This document shows, piece by piece, positions 9,614 to 18,626 of a stretch of 56,659 bases of DNA. The stretch comes from a virus. Taxonomy: Duplodnaviria > Caudoviricetes. Within the stretch, counting starts at the first letter, position 1. The number at the start of each line of letters is the position of its first letter. The position numbers and the translations under genes were made by a program. The notes under the pieces are model-generated. The model had not been told where the DNA came from. It saw only the letters and a list, made by a program, of their open reading frames with translations, and ran no database searches. The DNA is taken from IMG/VR virus record IMGVR_UViG_3300019935_000003, positions 1 to 56,659 of that record, one strand, 5' to 3'.

Positions 9614-10096
9614 ATGGATTTTGACAAATACTGTGATGTTGTTCCACAGAAAAAATTAGACGACAACACCAAGGGGATTTTTGCTAACGCAATTTATCAT
9701 AAAATTCCTGTCAAAGGTTTTTATTATCCTGCTGCTGAAGATGATGAACCGAAAGAAATTATAATTTCAATTCAGAAGCTTTTGAAAACTGAAGATGGGT
9801 ATTATGCTCATGCATACAGACATAATGAGAAGGACTATAGAACTTTTTCACTGTCTCGTTTTTCTAGTGTGGAACTTTGTCAAAGTACTATTTTTAAAGA
9901 CAGATTAAGCCCTGAACTGTTAAATGTTGAAAAACTTGTGTTTATTCCTAATGAAGAGCTGCCAAATAATAAGCGGCTTGCAATTTGTCAGGAGCGCGGC
10001 GTGCTGGACTCCCAAGAGTTAACAGTGGAGTGCGATCAATTTCAAGGTTTTTTTGTTACGCATCAACTAGAAAAACAAGGCTGGAAAATAAAATAA
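9614..10096 (+). CDS. WYL-domain protein without N-terminal HTH
   Basis: AIYHKIPVKGFY...YYAHAYRHNEKDYRTFSLSRF fits the WYL fold; WCX-like tail. Confidence 0.7.
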   Translation: MDFDKYCDVVPQKKLDDNTKGIFANAIYHKIPVKGFYYPAAEDDEPKEIIISIQKLLKTEDGYYAHAYRHNEKDYRTFSLSRFSSVELCQSTIFKDRLSPELLNVEKLVFIPNEELPNNKRLAICQERGVLDSQELTVECDQFQGFFVTHQLEKQGWKIK

Positions 10097-10127
10097 TTAT
10101 TAGTTATTTTTCAGTGATTTAGCATTG

Positions 10128-10156
10128 AAAGGGTGGCTATTTAGTCACCCTTTTTT
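10128..10156 (+). terminator. Intrinsic terminator
   Basis: AAAGGGTGGCTA-TT-TAGTCACCC followed by a T tract. Confidence 0.8.
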
Positions 10157-10176
10157 GTTGGGTACGTAAAGTTTTT

Positions 10177-10237
10177 ACAATTTAATTTAAAAAAATTAGA
10201 TTATTTGGTTGACTTAAATTTATAGCTACTCTATAAT
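10177..10237 (+). promoter_or_regulatory. Conserved cassette promoter P3
   Basis: TTGACT(10209)-17-TATAAT(10232) with the same upstream element. Confidence 0.85.
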
Positions 10238-10314
10238 GTAATACATACTAGAGAAAACAAAGCAACTATGTACTTATTCTAGTTAACGCACTAACCCTAA
10301 AAAGGAAATTGAAA

Positions 10315-10752
10315 ATGACAACTAACACAATTCAATTAGCAGATTTAGCAAAAACAATTCAACGTAACACACGAGCAAAAGGGAAGGAGCAAAAAATAAA
10401 TGGTATGGTTGTTGAAGAGGTCTTATTTCGCTTGGGAATGGAGGCAGCAACAAGCGTAGATATTGATGCAAAATCGCCAAATGGCGGTCTAACAGATGGG
10501 GATGAGAAAAGCATGATTCATGCAGTTGCTGGTAATATTGAGGAATGCATTTCTAACTTGCATGACTCAAATCCAAACGCAGCACAAAAACATTTTTTAA
10601 TCCATCCTGAAGATGCTGATTACTTGAATAAAATCATGGCTTTTGCTGAAAAATTTACGCGCGTATTTGTTGATGACTTGGGCTTATCAACATGGAGTAA
10701 GAAAGTGAAAACAGTGCGCAACATTTACAGAGGCGCGTTTTTAGCAAATTAA
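10315..10752 (+). CDS. Hypothetical protein
   Basis: ORF after P3 with AAGGA RBS. Confidence 0.7.
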   Translation: MTTNTIQLADLAKTIQRNTRAKGKEQKINGMVVEEVLFRLGMEAATSVDIDAKSPNGGLTDGDEKSMIHAVAGNIEECISNLHDSNPNAAQKHFLIHPEDADYLNKIMAFAEKFTRVFVDDLGLSTWSKKVKTVRNIYRGAFLAN

Positions 10753-10817
10753 TATTAAAGGAGTAGGAAGAGGGGCTTCTTACTCCAGCAACTTAAATTA
10801 TACAGGAATAGATAGTA

Positions 10818-11174
10818 ATGTCAGATAACCAACCTAAACACATACCTTGCTCTGTTATAGTGGGCTGTAAATCTCAGCCAATTCTTGTGTGCGACAAAAT
10901 GCCGCCTTATTTGATTATACATAAGGAAACAGACACGAATAACGACATATTGCTTGCAAGTGGAGACACAGATGTGAATTCGGACACAGTATTTAATACG
11001 CGAAATGGCTTCGATTTTGAAGAATGGGAAAATGTGCAAGACGCTGCTTTTAAATTATTCAAAGAGCTTGGGGAGGTTAAAGATACATTGTATTGTTATT
11101 ATAGTTTTCGTAAAAAAAGCTTTTCCGTTTCCCCAACAGGAAAGCGTGCATACTCAACATTAGCAGACATGTAA
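10818..11174 (+). CDS. Hypothetical protein
   Basis: ORF with AGGA RBS, followed by a terminator. Confidence 0.6.
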   Translation: MSDNQPKHIPCSVIVGCKSQPILVCDKMPPYLIIHKETDTNNDILLASGDTDVNSDTVFNTRNGFDFEEWENVQDAAFKLFKELGEVKDTLYCYYSFRKKSFSVSPTGKRAYSTLADM

Positions 11175-11194
11175 TACACTTGGGTTAATGCATA

Positions 11195-11224
11195 ATGGGT
11201 AGTGTAACAACTACCCATTTTTTT
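11195..11224 (+). terminator. Intrinsic terminator
   Basis: ATGGGTAGT-GTAACA-ACTACCCAT followed by a T tract. Confidence 0.8.
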
Positions 11225-11251
11225 GGATAAGATAATGATTTTAATTTAAAA

Positions 11252-11698
11252 CTAGTCCATATTTAACTTTTTAAGTCTAAATAAAACTGTATCGGCGTTC
11301 GGTGTTGTATTCTCTAAAATTGCGGTATAGGTTGACGCGCCGTCATTAATTTTTAAACACTTAATTTCTAATGTGTTGAATAATTCCAAGTATATTGCAG
11401 TACATTCTTTTTTGCCTGCTGTCTTGCCGTCTTTATAATATTTTTCAATACTTTGTGGATTCTCAGACATGGAATTTATTGTGGGCGTGCAGCCTGTTGG
11501 CGCGTCGGCACAAGAAAGTTTATTTATTCCCCCTCCACTTCCTGTATTAATATTTATGTTATTGCCGTTTTCGTCATGGCAATGGTGTCCTTGCTCTTGG
11601 CTGTCATGACAGCCGTTGCTGTCAGTTCGCCCCGATGTCGCAAGCACGTTACAACTGAAAAGTAAAGCTAATAATAGAAAATATCTACCCGCCATCAT
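11252..11698 (-). CDS. Secreted YHYH-domain-like protein (moron)
   Basis: Signal peptide then SGRTDSNGCH....GHHCH. Confidence 0.7.
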   Translation of the reverse strand: MMAGRYFLLLALLFSCNVLATSGRTDSNGCHDSQEQGHHCHDENGNNININTGSGGGINKLSCADAPTGCTPTINSMSENPQSIEKYYKDGKTAGKKECTAIYLELFNTLEIKCLKINDGASTYTAILENTTPNADTVLFRLKKLNMD

Positions 11699-11775
11699 TC
11701 TATCTCCTTAATCTAAAAATGGTATTCTAACAATTAAATTACATGAAATATAGCGGGGTTTATAAGAATATATAA

Positions 11776-12141
11776 TTATTCTGTCACACTCTCCTTATTT
11801 CTTGCTTTGCCCATGTACTTTTTTCTCTCTATTAACACGATCCCCTCCCCTGCTTTTATCCGCATTAACTCCAGTGTATCCATTAATTTATCATCAATAA
11901 CTCTTGCTTCTGAAGTTGATAATATAGGCGGGTTTTCTGATGGGTAGCCTGTTATTATGTACTGAATATCCGCACCTATTTCTGATAAATACTGCCAATA
12001 TTCCACAGGTGGGCTTCCTTTGCTGTGCTCGTATGCACTCTGTGAAGTCCTCCCTATCGGTGTGTTTTTCACTATTTCAGACTGCTTTAAATCTAGCCTT
12101 ACCCGCTCACCTTTCAATCTATCCCCCCATTTATTAGACAT
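11776..12141 (-). CDS. XRE-family repressor (switch 1)
   Basis: GDRLKGERVRLDLKQ...QSAYE...P..Y...L...GADIQYIITG; divergent from a cro/ner-like gene. Confidence 0.85.
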   Translation of the reverse strand: MSNKWGDRLKGERVRLDLKQSEIVKNTPIGRTSQSAYEHSKGSPPVEYWQYLSEIGADIQYIITGYPSENPPILSTSEARVIDDKLMDTLELMRIKAGEGIVLIERKKYMGKARNKESVTE

Positions 12142-12161
12142 TTCCCCTCCTTACAAAATAT

Positions 12162-12229
12162 TGACATGTCATAATAAAGCGTATTTTTATTTACAGATTA
12201 TTGACACGTCCATAATAATGACATACTAT
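12162..12229. promoter_or_regulatory. Divergent promoter/operator region of switch 1
   Basis: Palindrome TGACATGTCA at 12162, variant TGACACGTCC at 12202, third copy at 12506; promoter TTGACA(12201)-17-TACTAT(12224). Confidence 0.75.
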
Positions 12230-12268
12230 GTGTTCAACGTGAACACACTTAATAAAAAAACAAAGAGC

Positions 12269-12469
12269 ATGACATACTTAGAACTTAAAAAAATTCTATA
12301 TATAAATGGCATGACACTGTGTGACTTGGCAATGCAGCATGACGCAACTCGTCAAAATATATATAAAGCTTGGAACGACCCAAAAAGAAGGAACGGCAAA
12401 AGCTTTATAGATTTACGCTTACGAATTACTGAAGATGTAAGCAAAATGAAAACATCATTATCCCTGTAG
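12269..12469 (+). CDS. Cro/Ner-like small HTH protein
   Basis: ELKKILYINGMTLCDLAMQHDATRQNIYKAW; ATG 12269 lies downstream of the promoter. Confidence 0.7.
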   Translation: MTYLELKKILYINGMTLCDLAMQHDATRQNIYKAWNDPKRRNGKSFIDLRLRITEDVSKMKTSLSL

Positions 12470-12509
12470 TGTTATTTTAGCACACAGCATACAATATAGG
12501 ACTGCTGAC

Positions 12510-12890
12510 ATGTCAAGCCATAAAGAGACTGTTAATATATTATCCTTACCTTTCGTAACAAAAGAAGAAGGCGAACTTCCCAATTTATTCGACGTTGATG
12601 ACACTGTAACAGAGAAGCAAGGAAAGGAGTATGCAAGAATTTTTATGGAAAGTTTAGAGCGTTCTGATGATGCGCTAATTGCTCACATGGGCGTGCTAGA
12701 TGCTGCATTTCACACTAAAAATATTGCAGGCATACACTTTATACTTGAAGTTGTTCAAGGCTTAAAAGAGGGGCTTGAAGCGTCTCGTAAGCAACAAGAG
12801 TGCGAGCCTAAGCGTAAGTCAAAAAACACATTACTATTAAGTAAATCGTTGCTTTTATCGCCTCATAAAGAAGCACGCGCCCCCCATTAA
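12510..12890 (+). CDS. Hypothetical protein
   Basis: ORF with AGGA RBS; start overlaps an operator-like palindrome. Confidence 0.65.
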   Translation: MSSHKETVNILSLPFVTKEEGELPNLFDVDDTVTEKQGKEYARIFMESLERSDDALIAHMGVLDAAFHTKNIAGIHFILEVVQGLKEGLEASRKQQECEPKRKSKNTLLLSKSLLLSPHKEARAPH

Positions 12891-12957
12891 TTTTTTGGAT
12901 TTTTAAAAAGGTGGAATACATTTAAAACAGTATTTCACCTTTATTTAACACCTAATA

Positions 12958-13018
12958 ACAATTTAAATTAAAAAATTTATATTATTTGGTTGACTTAAAT
13001 TTATAGCAAGCCTATAAT
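12958..13018 (+). promoter_or_regulatory. Conserved cassette promoter P4
   Basis: TTGACT(12990)-17-TATAAT(13013); its 5' leader is also similar to that of P1. Confidence 0.85.
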
Positions 13019-13064
13019 GAAGTCACTTTATAGAAAAACGCAGCACACCAAAAGGCTCATTATT

Positions 13065-14327
13065 ATGAATATGCAGGTACAGGGGTTAGAAAAAAATACA
13101 GAGTTTAAAGTTGGCTCTAAAGTTCTCGTTAAGCATAAAGCGGCAAATGGCGCGATTAAGCTTATGAAAGAGTCTATTGTTAGCTCTGAAACTACGCACA
13201 ATGTGCGCGTTGATGGTACTTCTTATTCACGACACACAACAATTCAATATGGCTGTGCAAGTAATGAAGAGTACTGCTTTATTGAGCTTGTAGCAGAAGT
13301 TGCAGAAATCCAAGAACAACAAGAAGCCCCCGAAACTGTAGAAATTCAAGCACAGTTAACAGAAAAAAAACAAGAATATAACGTTGTAGAAGAAAGTGAA
13401 AAACAAACATCTTTGTTGTTACCTAAAAATACCTCTCTGTATTGCGACTTATCCAGTCAAACACCTGAAAACCTACCTTCACTTGTAGAAAAGTCCCGCT
13501 TTTTCGATAGCTTGCAAGAGGATGCATACTACAAAGTTTATCCGTGGGAATATTTAAGTAATAGCGCAATGAGTGAACTGAAAACCCCTGCACATTTCGA
13601 TTACTTTGCCAACAAAGAAAAAAAGGAAACCGCTGCTCTAAAATTTGGTAAGCCTTTCCACTTGTTTGTTCTTGAGCCTGAAGTTTTCATCAAAATGTAT
13701 GTTGTTGTCGACGGTAATTTAAACCTAAAACACAACAAAGAAATCATCGCAGAAGCCGAGATGATGGGTAAAAAAATCATTAAGCGTGATGATATGAACA
13801 GAATCATAGGCATGAGTGAATCAATAAGAAATCACCCTTTTGCTTTAGAATTATTAGAAAATTCATACAAAGAAGTAAGCTCCTTTTGGACGGATAAGGC
13901 GACAGGGGTTAAATGTAAATCACGCGCCGACATGATCAATACAGGTCATCTTTTTGGCGCAGGTACTGACCTGAAAAGCACAATCTGTGCAGAACCCAGT
14001 GAGTTTTTAAGATCAATAATTAAATTCGCTTATCACCGACAAGCAGCAATGTATATGCGTGCATTTAACCTAAGTGATTTTTATTTTATTCCTGTTGAAA
14101 AAGAGCCGCCGTACATGTGTTGCGTTGTGAAGCTTTCTGACGAACTTATACGGCAAGGAAATAAACTTGTAGATGAAGCTTTGATTAAATTCAAGGAATA
14201 CAGGGCTTTAAACCCCAACACAATTAAGCCTTACTACACAAACGAGGTGATAGTTTTAGGTGGGGGTAAGAAGTACGGGCTTGATGATTTGGCAGCCCTT
14301 GATGATGACGAATTTTTGCAAATTTAA
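13065..14327 (+). CDS. RecE/exonuclease VIII-like PD-(D/E)XK nuclease (DUF3799-like) with N-terminal extension
   Basis: EVSSFWTD..TGVKCKSRADM...DLKST...YHRQAAMY...FYFIPVEKEPPY. Confidence 0.85.
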   Translation: MNMQVQGLEKNTEFKVGSKVLVKHKAANGAIKLMKESIVSSETTHNVRVDGTSYSRHTTIQYGCASNEEYCFIELVAEVAEIQEQQEAPETVEIQAQLTEKKQEYNVVEESEKQTSLLLPKNTSLYCDLSSQTPENLPSLVEKSRFFDSLQEDAYYKVYPWEYLSNSAMSELKTPAHFDYFANKEKKETAALKFGKPFHLFVLEPEVFIKMYVVVDGNLNLKHNKEIIAEAEMMGKKIIKRDDMNRIIGMSESIRNHPFALELLENSYKEVSSFWTDKATGVKCKSRADMINTGHLFGAGTDLKSTICAEPSEFLRSIIKFAYHRQAAMYMRAFNLSDFYFIPVEKEPPYMCCVVKLSDELIRQGNKLVDEALIKFKEYRALNPNTIKPYYTNEVIVLGGGKKYGLDDLAALDDDEFLQI

Positions 14328-14393
14328 CAACACCAAGCATTGCAACAAAAAACAACACATAATCAATTCTAGTTTAAGGGAAGGACTAAAAAA

Positions 14394-15209
14394 ATGAGCG
14401 CAGCACAAAGCCAAGAGCTTATTTCTCATTTATCCGCTATATCATCAGTAGGGGAGGAATTTAGCGATAATTTTTGCCAAGGTGAAGAAATCGACGCAAA
14501 AACAGTACCTATTTTAACAATCCCAAAATCTGGGAATGGCGGTATGTGGGTTATAGACCATATTGACGGCAAAAAATCCACAGAAGTTTTAAGCGTTATC
14601 GTTGTAACACAGAAGCCCTCAAGAATCCTGTACACAGAAAGTTACGCCGATTCTGGAAAGGATAAAAGCCGTCCTTACTGCTTAAGCCAAGACGGGGTAC
14701 GCGGTGCTATCCATACGCATAAAGAAAATAAACCGTGGTGGCTCCTAGACAAAGGAGAGCCAACTTTTAATTGCAAAACATGCCAGTATTCAAAGTTTGA
14801 ATCTAAAGCATCTACAAAGGAAGGGGAATATACAGCAGGCAAGGCATGTGCTGAGCGTATGAATATATTCGTTTTAACCCAATATAGCCGCATACCTTTT
14901 ATGCTTAGCTTGCCGCCTTCAGCCTTGCACGAGTACGCACAGTTTCGCATGAATTTATTTGGTGCAGGTCAGAAGATAACAAGAATTGTTACAAATATTT
15001 CATTGACAGAGCAGTCAAACAAAAGCGGGCATACATTTACGGTACCTGTTTTCAGCAAAGGCGGGGATCTGACAGACGAGCAGTTTAATGATGTAAAAAA
15101 TACTGTAAAGCCATTTCTATCTGTGATGTCTTCAACTGTAAATGGTACGGCGCATGGCACAGAAGAAAAAGATGCTGTAGTTGTGAATTCAACACAAGAT
15201 CAGATCTAA
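14394..15209 (+). CDS. Putative ssDNA-binding/annealing protein
   Basis: CxxCxxxxF...GKAC...PFMLSLPPSAL motif; lies directly after the exonuclease. Confidence 0.55.
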   Translation: MSAAQSQELISHLSAISSVGEEFSDNFCQGEEIDAKTVPILTIPKSGNGGMWVIDHIDGKKSTEVLSVIVVTQKPSRILYTESYADSGKDKSRPYCLSQDGVRGAIHTHKENKPWWLLDKGEPTFNCKTCQYSKFESKASTKEGEYTAGKACAERMNIFVLTQYSRIPFMLSLPPSALHEYAQFRMNLFGAGQKITRIVTNISLTEQSNKSGHTFTVPVFSKGGDLTDEQFNDVKNTVKPFLSVMSSTVNGTAHGTEEKDAVVVNSTQDQI

Positions 15210-15226
15210 TTTTAACGCTGCTTTTC

Positions 15227-15892
15227 TTGATGCCACAAGAAAAGCAGCAAGCCACAATACTACCAACAAAGAAGAAAAAGGTAATAAAAGTGAATAACGG
15301 ATTATCCCAAAGCCAAGCAAAAAACGCAACAATTCCCCATGCACGTTTTGCTTTACCGCAAAATAACGAGCTTGTTATGAACGTGGAACGCGTTGTTTTT
15401 GCCTCCTTAAGTGTTGAGTACGGCGGTAACAGCAGTGTGTTGCTAAATAAAATAATGGTAGCTTGTGAGGAAACAGGCGCGTTATTAGTCTTAAATGCAC
15501 CTAAAAGCATCCAAAATGCGGCAAAAGAATTGTATTTACAAAGCCGTAATCTTTTCCCAATGCAATTTTTTGATAGCGAAAGTGATGCTTATTATTACGC
15601 TAAGGAGGAAAGTGTGGGGCTATCTCCTTACTGCAGCAACCCCTTACCCACCAAAAAAGGCGCATTAAAAAACGAGCCTCTGCCCATCACATCAATACAT
15701 CATGCTGAATTACAATCCGCTCTCATGTGTGACGCTCAATGCTTAGTTGTTCTTTGTGATGAAATTGATACAGAGAGCGCAAGCCAACAATTTAAAAACC
15801 ACAATGCATATTGCTTTAAAAACAGTCAGGCGAAAGATTCTAATTACTTGCTTTATTCTGCAATTAGTGGCGGCTTGGATCATCTAGGGTAA
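15227..15892 (+). CDS. Hypothetical protein
   Basis: ORF within the + strand operon. Confidence 0.6.
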   Translation: MMPQEKQQATILPTKKKKVIKVNNGLSQSQAKNATIPHARFALPQNNELVMNVERVVFASLSVEYGGNSSVLLNKIMVACEETGALLVLNAPKSIQNAAKELYLQSRNLFPMQFFDSESDAYYYAKEESVGLSPYCSNPLPTKKGALKNEPLPITSIHHAELQSALMCDAQCLVVLCDEIDTESASQQFKNHNAYCFKNSQAKDSNYLLYSAISGGLDHLG

Positions 15893-15959
15893 ATAAAAAT
15901 TTATGGTGTGCGGCGTGGTTTGCGTCGCATTTCTTAAAGTTAAATACAAAGGATTTATT

Positions 15960-16556
15960 ATGAAGAAACATAGAGTTAAGAAGCAGAGAAAAAAGCCACC
16001 TGCGGTTACTAAAAAGAGCGTGGTAGGTTGCAAAATATCTTTAGAGAAAACCGATGATCTGACTACTTCTGCTATAAAGGCAATTCAATCACTTCCTGAA
16101 AGTGGTGTTGTTGTGTTTTATCAGGCAGGCGTTGATCGGAGTGTTATTGATGAAATAAAAAAGAAAGTTAAATACACTAATGGAAGTTATGAATACAAGA
16201 TAGATTCTTTTTACAAAAAGCAGGGGTTCGTAGCGTCTTTCTTGAGAGCAAAGCTTTTATTTAGTCGTATAAATCGAATTTTATTTGTACTTCATTGCGG
16301 CAGTGATGCAGATGGGAAGTTGCTTAAGGTATTTCAAGATGAAGTGGATTGCTCTATGGGTGAGCATGATGTGCGACTTGATATTGTATGCCATAAAAGT
16401 GCAAGAGCTAGATTAAAGAAAGGTTTTGAAGGAAAGGTTTTTGTATGTCTTAATTCTGGAAAAAGAAAAGGCATAAAAGTTAGCTCTGGTAAGCCACCAG
16501 AAAATATATTTATCACAAACATAGGTGAGCAAAGTGGCAAACCCATCACAAATTAA
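15960..16556 (+). CDS. Hypothetical protein
   Basis: AAGGA RBS before ATG 15960. Confidence 0.6.
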   Translation: MKKHRVKKQRKKPPAVTKKSVVGCKISLEKTDDLTTSAIKAIQSLPESGVVVFYQAGVDRSVIDEIKKKVKYTNGSYEYKIDSFYKKQGFVASFLRAKLLFSRINRILFVLHCGSDADGKLLKVFQDEVDCSMGEHDVRLDIVCHKSARARLKKGFEGKVFVCLNSGKRKGIKVSSGKPPENIFITNIGEQSGKPITN

Positions 16557-17067
16557 AAACAGAAATCGCCGTATTGCATTAGGGCTTAATTTTCTAGCTC
16601 AAAGATTCCCCGCTGCTTTTGCTGCTGAAAAAGTTAATGCATTTTGTATTGGCATTCATGAGCAAATGCAAGAGGAATTAAAGGGGGAAACATTACCTGA
16701 AGGCGTTACTGTTTCCGCAATAAAACAAGCTTTGTACGCATACTGCAACAAATATGCATACATGAAAGCCAAGGGAAAAGTAGGCAACCCGCGTGTGAAT
16801 TTATGGGGGCATGTTGTGGGAGAAGTTACAGAGCAAGAAGTACTACTCCACAACATGGCGCGTAAAGCTAAAAAGCAAGCCTTAGCAGAAAAGAAGAAAA
16901 AGGCAGCAACCGCCAATAAGGCAAAGCAGCAGCAAGCAAAGCAAGTGCAGGAAAAAAAGGCTGTTAAAAAGCCTATTGCAGCTAAAAAGCAAGCTGAAAA
17001 AGTAGTACCTAACACGCCAATCATCAAGAAAAAGAAACGTCGTACTTTATATGTGGGTGCTGCGTAA
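16525..17067 (+). CDS. ProQ/FinO-family RNA chaperone
   Basis: FLAQRFPAAF...IGIHEQM...IKQALYAYCNKYAYMKA...GNPRVNLWGHVVGEVTEQE. Confidence 0.88.
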   Translation: MSKVANPSQIKNRNRRIALGLNFLAQRFPAAFAAEKVNAFCIGIHEQMQEELKGETLPEGVTVSAIKQALYAYCNKYAYMKAKGKVGNPRVNLWGHVVGEVTEQEVLLHNMARKAKKQALAEKKKKAATANKAKQQQAKQVQEKKAVKKPIAAKKQAEKVVPNTPIIKKKKRRTLYVGAA

Positions 17068-17780
17068 TGAGTAAGAAACTGAATATTTATACAAGTGAGA
17101 AGCCGACTCTTGTTAAAACTGACTTCTTGAGTGAGGACGCTACAGCCTTGCAAATACATTCATCAATGAATTTAAATTCTGATAACGCAATTGTGCAGCA
17201 GCTCATTGATTTGCCTATGCCCATGCGTACATTTGTTTTTACTCAAAGTGAAAATGGGGCATTTTTAAACTATACGGAAAATGGCAACCTAGTTTTGCTA
17301 GACTCCCCATTAGGTAATATTGTTGATGTTGGGACAGTGCTAGAAAAAATGACGCAATGGCTTTGTAAGCATGTAATTATTAATTTGCGTTATGAATTCA
17401 CTGGATTTATGAGTATACACACAGGCTCTCTAATTAAGGAGCTTAACGCTAATAATATGTCTGTTGTTGTTGTCACGCCTATGGATTTTGAAATTGATGA
17501 AAGCCAGTTTGGTATTGCGATCAAAAATCACAAGCCTGATGAGCCAAAAGAGGCTGATGCAGAACGCGTTGAAGCCCTAAAAAAACTTGACGAGATGTCA
17601 AAAAAATCAGTGGGTGCGGGCATTGATAGTGATAATTTTGTTCAATTTGTCGTGGGGCTTACGAAGGTTGAAGAAACGAACCCAGATCTAATGACCCTTG
17701 AAGAAATTCAGAGTGTTTATCAACTTCTTGATTGCTATATAGATTATCGCAAGGATAGAGGGTTTGATCTTGAAAGCTAA
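17067..17780 (+). CDS. Hypothetical protein
   Basis: TAATG-coupled to the ProQ-like gene. Confidence 0.65.
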   Translation: MSKKLNIYTSEKPTLVKTDFLSEDATALQIHSSMNLNSDNAIVQQLIDLPMPMRTFVFTQSENGAFLNYTENGNLVLLDSPLGNIVDVGTVLEKMTQWLCKHVIINLRYEFTGFMSIHTGSLIKELNANNMSVVVVTPMDFEIDESQFGIAIKNHKPDEPKEADAERVEALKKLDEMSKKSVGAGIDSDNFVQFVVGLTKVEETNPDLMTLEEIQSVYQLLDCYIDYRKDRGFDLES

Positions 17781-18267
17781 AAAACTCCTAGTCCTACAAG
17801 AGCACAAAAAATGCATTGCACTACGTGTTGCACGTTACGAAATACAAAAAACACGTAAAAAACAGCTTGTTGTTTTGAAAGATGGTTTTCATAGCTTAGA
17901 GGAACTCCTTAATGATTCTGGGAGTCAACTACTCAGAATAAAGAAGTATGACCGTTTTTGCTCACCTGTGGCGCGGGGAGTTTTGGCTGATTGTGAAAAG
18001 CATGGTGTAGAGTCCTGCATTTTTGAGCTTAACAGCTTTAATATAGATGACTCCTTTGATGCACTAAAAGATTGCTTCAATGCACTAAATAAGGCAGGAA
18101 TTGATGTATTAATTACTATGCAAAGAGCACCGAATTGTGTAGTAAAAAAATCAGTTTCTGAGTGGCTGAAAAGGTTTGATTTAAGCGGGTTTAAGGTGGC
18201 TTATGCTTTTATTCCTAATAAAAAAGATTTGGGGTTAGTAAATTCTTGTGAGGCAGAAGGTGGTTAA
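17764..18267 (+). CDS. Hypothetical protein
   Basis: Overlapping ORF in the operon. Confidence 0.55.
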   Translation: MILKAKKLLVLQEHKKCIALRVARYEIQKTRKKQLVVLKDGFHSLEELLNDSGSQLLRIKKYDRFCSPVARGVLADCEKHGVESCIFELNSFNIDDSFDALKDCFNALNKAGIDVLITMQRAPNCVVKKSVSEWLKRFDLSGFKVAYAFIPNKKDLGLVNSCEAEGG

Positions 18268-18269
18268 AA

Positions 18270-18560
18270 ATGGAGAAAGTACTAAGGTCTGATTTAGCTT
18301 TCATGATTGAAGCTAGAATGCGAAACAAAGAATTAACCCCTGAAAATTTTATTGATGCATTTACCGACTCTGTGCAGGACTGCATGAAAAAAGGCAAACG
18401 TATTTCACTTAAAGGCTTTGGGCGTTTTGAGCCTGTTCATAGACAGGAAAGAATGGGACGTAATCCTAAAACTGGAAAAGAAGCTGTGATAAAAGAGCGC
18501 ATACGCCCTGCTTTCAAGCCCTCAGATGGCTTTATGATATTGATTAATGGTTTTAGGTAA
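18270..18560 (+). CDS. HU/IHF-family DNA-bending protein
   Basis: ISLKGFGRFE...R.GRNPKTGKEAVI..R.RPAFKPS. Confidence 0.93.
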   Translation: MEKVLRSDLAFMIEARMRNKELTPENFIDAFTDSVQDCMKKGKRISLKGFGRFEPVHRQERMGRNPKTGKEAVIKERIRPAFKPSDGFMILINGFR

Positions 18561-18570
18561 CCCCATCATC

Positions 18571-18603
18571 AGGCGCGGTGTGTTTTATGCTGCGCCTATT
18601 TTT
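18571..18603 (+). terminator. Intrinsic terminator
   Basis: AGGCGCGG...CTGCGCCT followed by a T tract. Confidence 0.65.
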
Positions 18604-18626
18604 AGGCTTTTAAAAGGAGAGGGTAA

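Noticed and set aside
12020-12268. 149-aa version of the cro-like ORF
   Set aside because: The extension overlaps the repressor gene and promoter; ATG 12269 is more plausible
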